NCBI GenBank assembly: GCA_002189035.1
Contig: CM007989.1
Location: 1,736,001 to 1,800,000, forward strand
Reading direction: 5' to 3'
Source of the DNA: Utricularia gibba
Lineage: Eukaryota; Plantae; Magnoliophyta
Length of the DNA stretch: 64,000 bases
The stretch's first letter is position 1; each line of letters starts with the position of its first letter. Below, piece after piece: positions 61,714 through 64,000 of this stretch. The notes under the pieces were generated by a model. The model ran no database searches. It worked only from the letters and a program-made list of their open reading frames with translations, and was not told the origin of the DNA. The translations under genes were made by a program, and so were the position numbers.

Positions 61714-64000
61714 TCAGGAAGAGCTTCCCGCAGCCTCGGCTGCCCGTTGCCTCATCATTTCATTTACGGCAGCTCGTCTTCTTGAATCAGACTGCTGTTG
61801 CAGCCGTCTCACATGCTCCCTCATGTCCCTAAATCAAATACAGCGAGGTGCCTCAGATCCACAGGTTAATCAAATACTAGAATGAAAAATTACTAGAGAA
61901 GCAATGTCGAAAGCAGCGGTGGACCTAGTCACAAATTACCTGCAGCGGGGTACATTGCACACAGATTCTCTGCATGCTCTGGAATGAAGCTGAAGAAGGT
62001 ACCACATCTTCTTACAGAGTTGGCAACCCCCACTCGCACGTACAAGGCAGGACATACCATGGCGGAAAAGACCCTTGACCTTGCGGCAATTCGGATACTG
62101 GCAACTTGAAGCTGGACATTTTGAAGCATGGACTAGCAGATCGAGCATTTTCCTTAGTTGCTGAAAAAAAAAAGAGAAAATTCCATGAAAAGATAGTGGA
62201 GGAAAAAGCGTGCATCAGAATAAAGAGTCCCCTAGGCACAACATACTAATGCGAGATAAAATGTTCGAATAACTGTTACACACATCAAGCAGCAACCAAC
62301 GGCAACTAAATTGACAGGAGAGTCACAAGCTTAGGGATTTACTCACAACTCTCCTTGCAGGGGAGACAAAAATACAACGCCAAATAACTGAACCAACCGT
62401 AAACTGAAAAGCAGGCAATATGGAAGACAAGTGGTCCTTACCTGCAGAACTCTGGATTGTCTAGCTTCCTTGTTGCATGCAAGTTGATCATTCGATTGAT
62501 GACTAATTAGTTTGTGAGGATGCCTTCCTCCATCTTTTTGATAACAAGCATTGCATACCCCATAATCTGGACATGTCTCACAGTGCCAACCATGACCACC
62601 TTCGATATCTAAGTGGCATGTAGCGCACTGTGTCACGAAAGCTGGGGCACTAGGATTGTGAAGGTGATAGAGGACCATCATTGAAGAATGCTTAGCCCGG
62701 CGAAGAGTATCATATTGATAATGGTTCCCTTGACAAAGCGTCAGAAATGCTTGTCTCGTGTCAAAAATTTCACTATCAATAAATTCAGTGTCTCTCGTAT
62801 CATCAGGTATCCCCACTATAGCCTCCTGAATGTGAAGAATAAATGTTGCATTGAAGAATTCCAACCGTAAAGAAAGCTACGTGGGGTGGGGATAGTTAAA
62901 TTATTGGAACTTACAGGATAGAGAGTATGCACGTCCCTTTGGTTTACAGGATGCCTCTCCCTGTCCTCAAGTGCCAAATCAGCCTCATGACATCTGGAAA
63001 TGGTGAAGGTAAAACTGATTACAATACCTAAGGATTTGATTACTTCATGGAATAGTAGCATTAAAGAACTTCATTCAAACCAGAATTAAATGACACAGGG
63101 AAGTAAATCCTCACGGAAACAAGAGAAGGAACAATCAAAGCACATGCATTGGCAGCACTGGAACCACAGTTTGCAGAGATAATGAACTCCACTTTCATCA
63201 GGGCTTTGAGAATAATTTCCCAAGAAAATTTTCCGAGACAAATCAACAGATTTCATAAACTTCTTTGCACTAAAAAGACTTATCCCTGGTGTCTATTATG
63301 CTAATGGTCAAAACAAACAAGAAGATTCGGCATAAACTTTGTCTCATTATAAGACAATAACATGACAAAATTTGTACAAAAAAACTCACTTGTCACAAAC
63401 TTGAAAGTTTTTGCACTGCCTGCAAATCCAACGGTTTCCAGAAACCATCAGAATGCAGCAATGTGAGCATGCATGCTGCAAGTGAACCATAATAAAGTCC
63501 TCCTTCATCGGGGATATTGTTTCACCCAGCTACAGAAGTGAGGGAATCTAATTAGTAAGATAAAGAAGAGGATGGGAGAAAGGTACATAATATTCAGGAA
63601 AAAAAATTCTTGAAACATTGTTGGAATGGAAAATCAACAAATGGGAAGCACAAGAAAAACCAATAAAAATAAGGATTACTTTACGCATCAGAAGCAGGTC
63701 TTTTGAGGCATTTCCAGAAAGATCAGTTTGGCCAGATGCCTTCAGAGCTCTCTTGCTTATGCTTTTCTTAATGCAACCTTTTTGTGGTTTTTTGCCATCC
63801 TCTTCTTGTTGAAGCTGATAGATGAAGTCCTCAGCAGCACCAGGCCAATAGTCCCCATCAAAGTAAGGCAACCGAGCCGCAGTTACCCTTGCTTTGCATT
63901 CGCCAGGAGAAACAAAGAAATGTTCATAAAGATTTGTCAGTCTGACAACAATGTTTTCTTTCATGGCTTTACGGAGCATGACCAGGTACCTGACAGAGAT
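61714..64000 (-). CDS. HAC1: Histone acetyltransferase HAC1-like (CBP/p300), 3' part only; truncated by the window edge
   Basis: [17 protein letters not shown]; ZZ-type fingers; [38 protein letters not shown]; TAZ2 [14 protein letters not shown]; ends [17 protein letters not shown]..., stop at 61714-61716. Confidence 0.95.

Noticed and set aside
1-64000. CRISPR arrays, operons, rRNA or organellar insertions
   Set aside because: The sequence is spliceosomal-intron-containing plant nuclear DNA; no regularly spaced repeats or rRNA/organelle sequence recognised.

Overview
Plant (eudicot) nuclear DNA, very gene-dense: 19 protein-coding genes plus one intron-containing tRNA-Met in 64 kb, with mostly 70-100 nt GT-AG introns and no recognisable autonomous transposon. 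Gene order: SLT1-like HSP20-domain gene, Dof TF, TRM/DUF3741-DUF4378 gene, PRT6, PDF1-related secreted protein, tRNA-Met(e), KRP/ICK, IQD, CIN-type TCP with a miR319 site, WW-domain protein, RING-H2 ligase, IPGA1/CHUP1-like, TBL, ATG7, COG1-like Dof, GARP/G2-like MYB, ZIP zinc transporter with a perfect ZDRE, two tandem UGT71-like genes, and the 3' part of HAC1 (CBP/p300). Two results of manual translation stand out. (1) The first Dof gene has a 78-nt intron inside its zinc-finger domain, flanked by a 5-bp direct repeat, which looks like an intron gain. (2) At least 8 single-base frameshifts, each resolvable at a short homopolymer, interrupt otherwise intact genes (PRT6 x4, IPGA1, ATG7, ZIP, UGT copy 2). 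These are most likely assembly errors but need read-level checks. Several GC-rich intergenic islands with ORFs or hairpins remain unexplained. I did not find a convincing wholly new biological system. Family assignments come from motif recall, not database searches.
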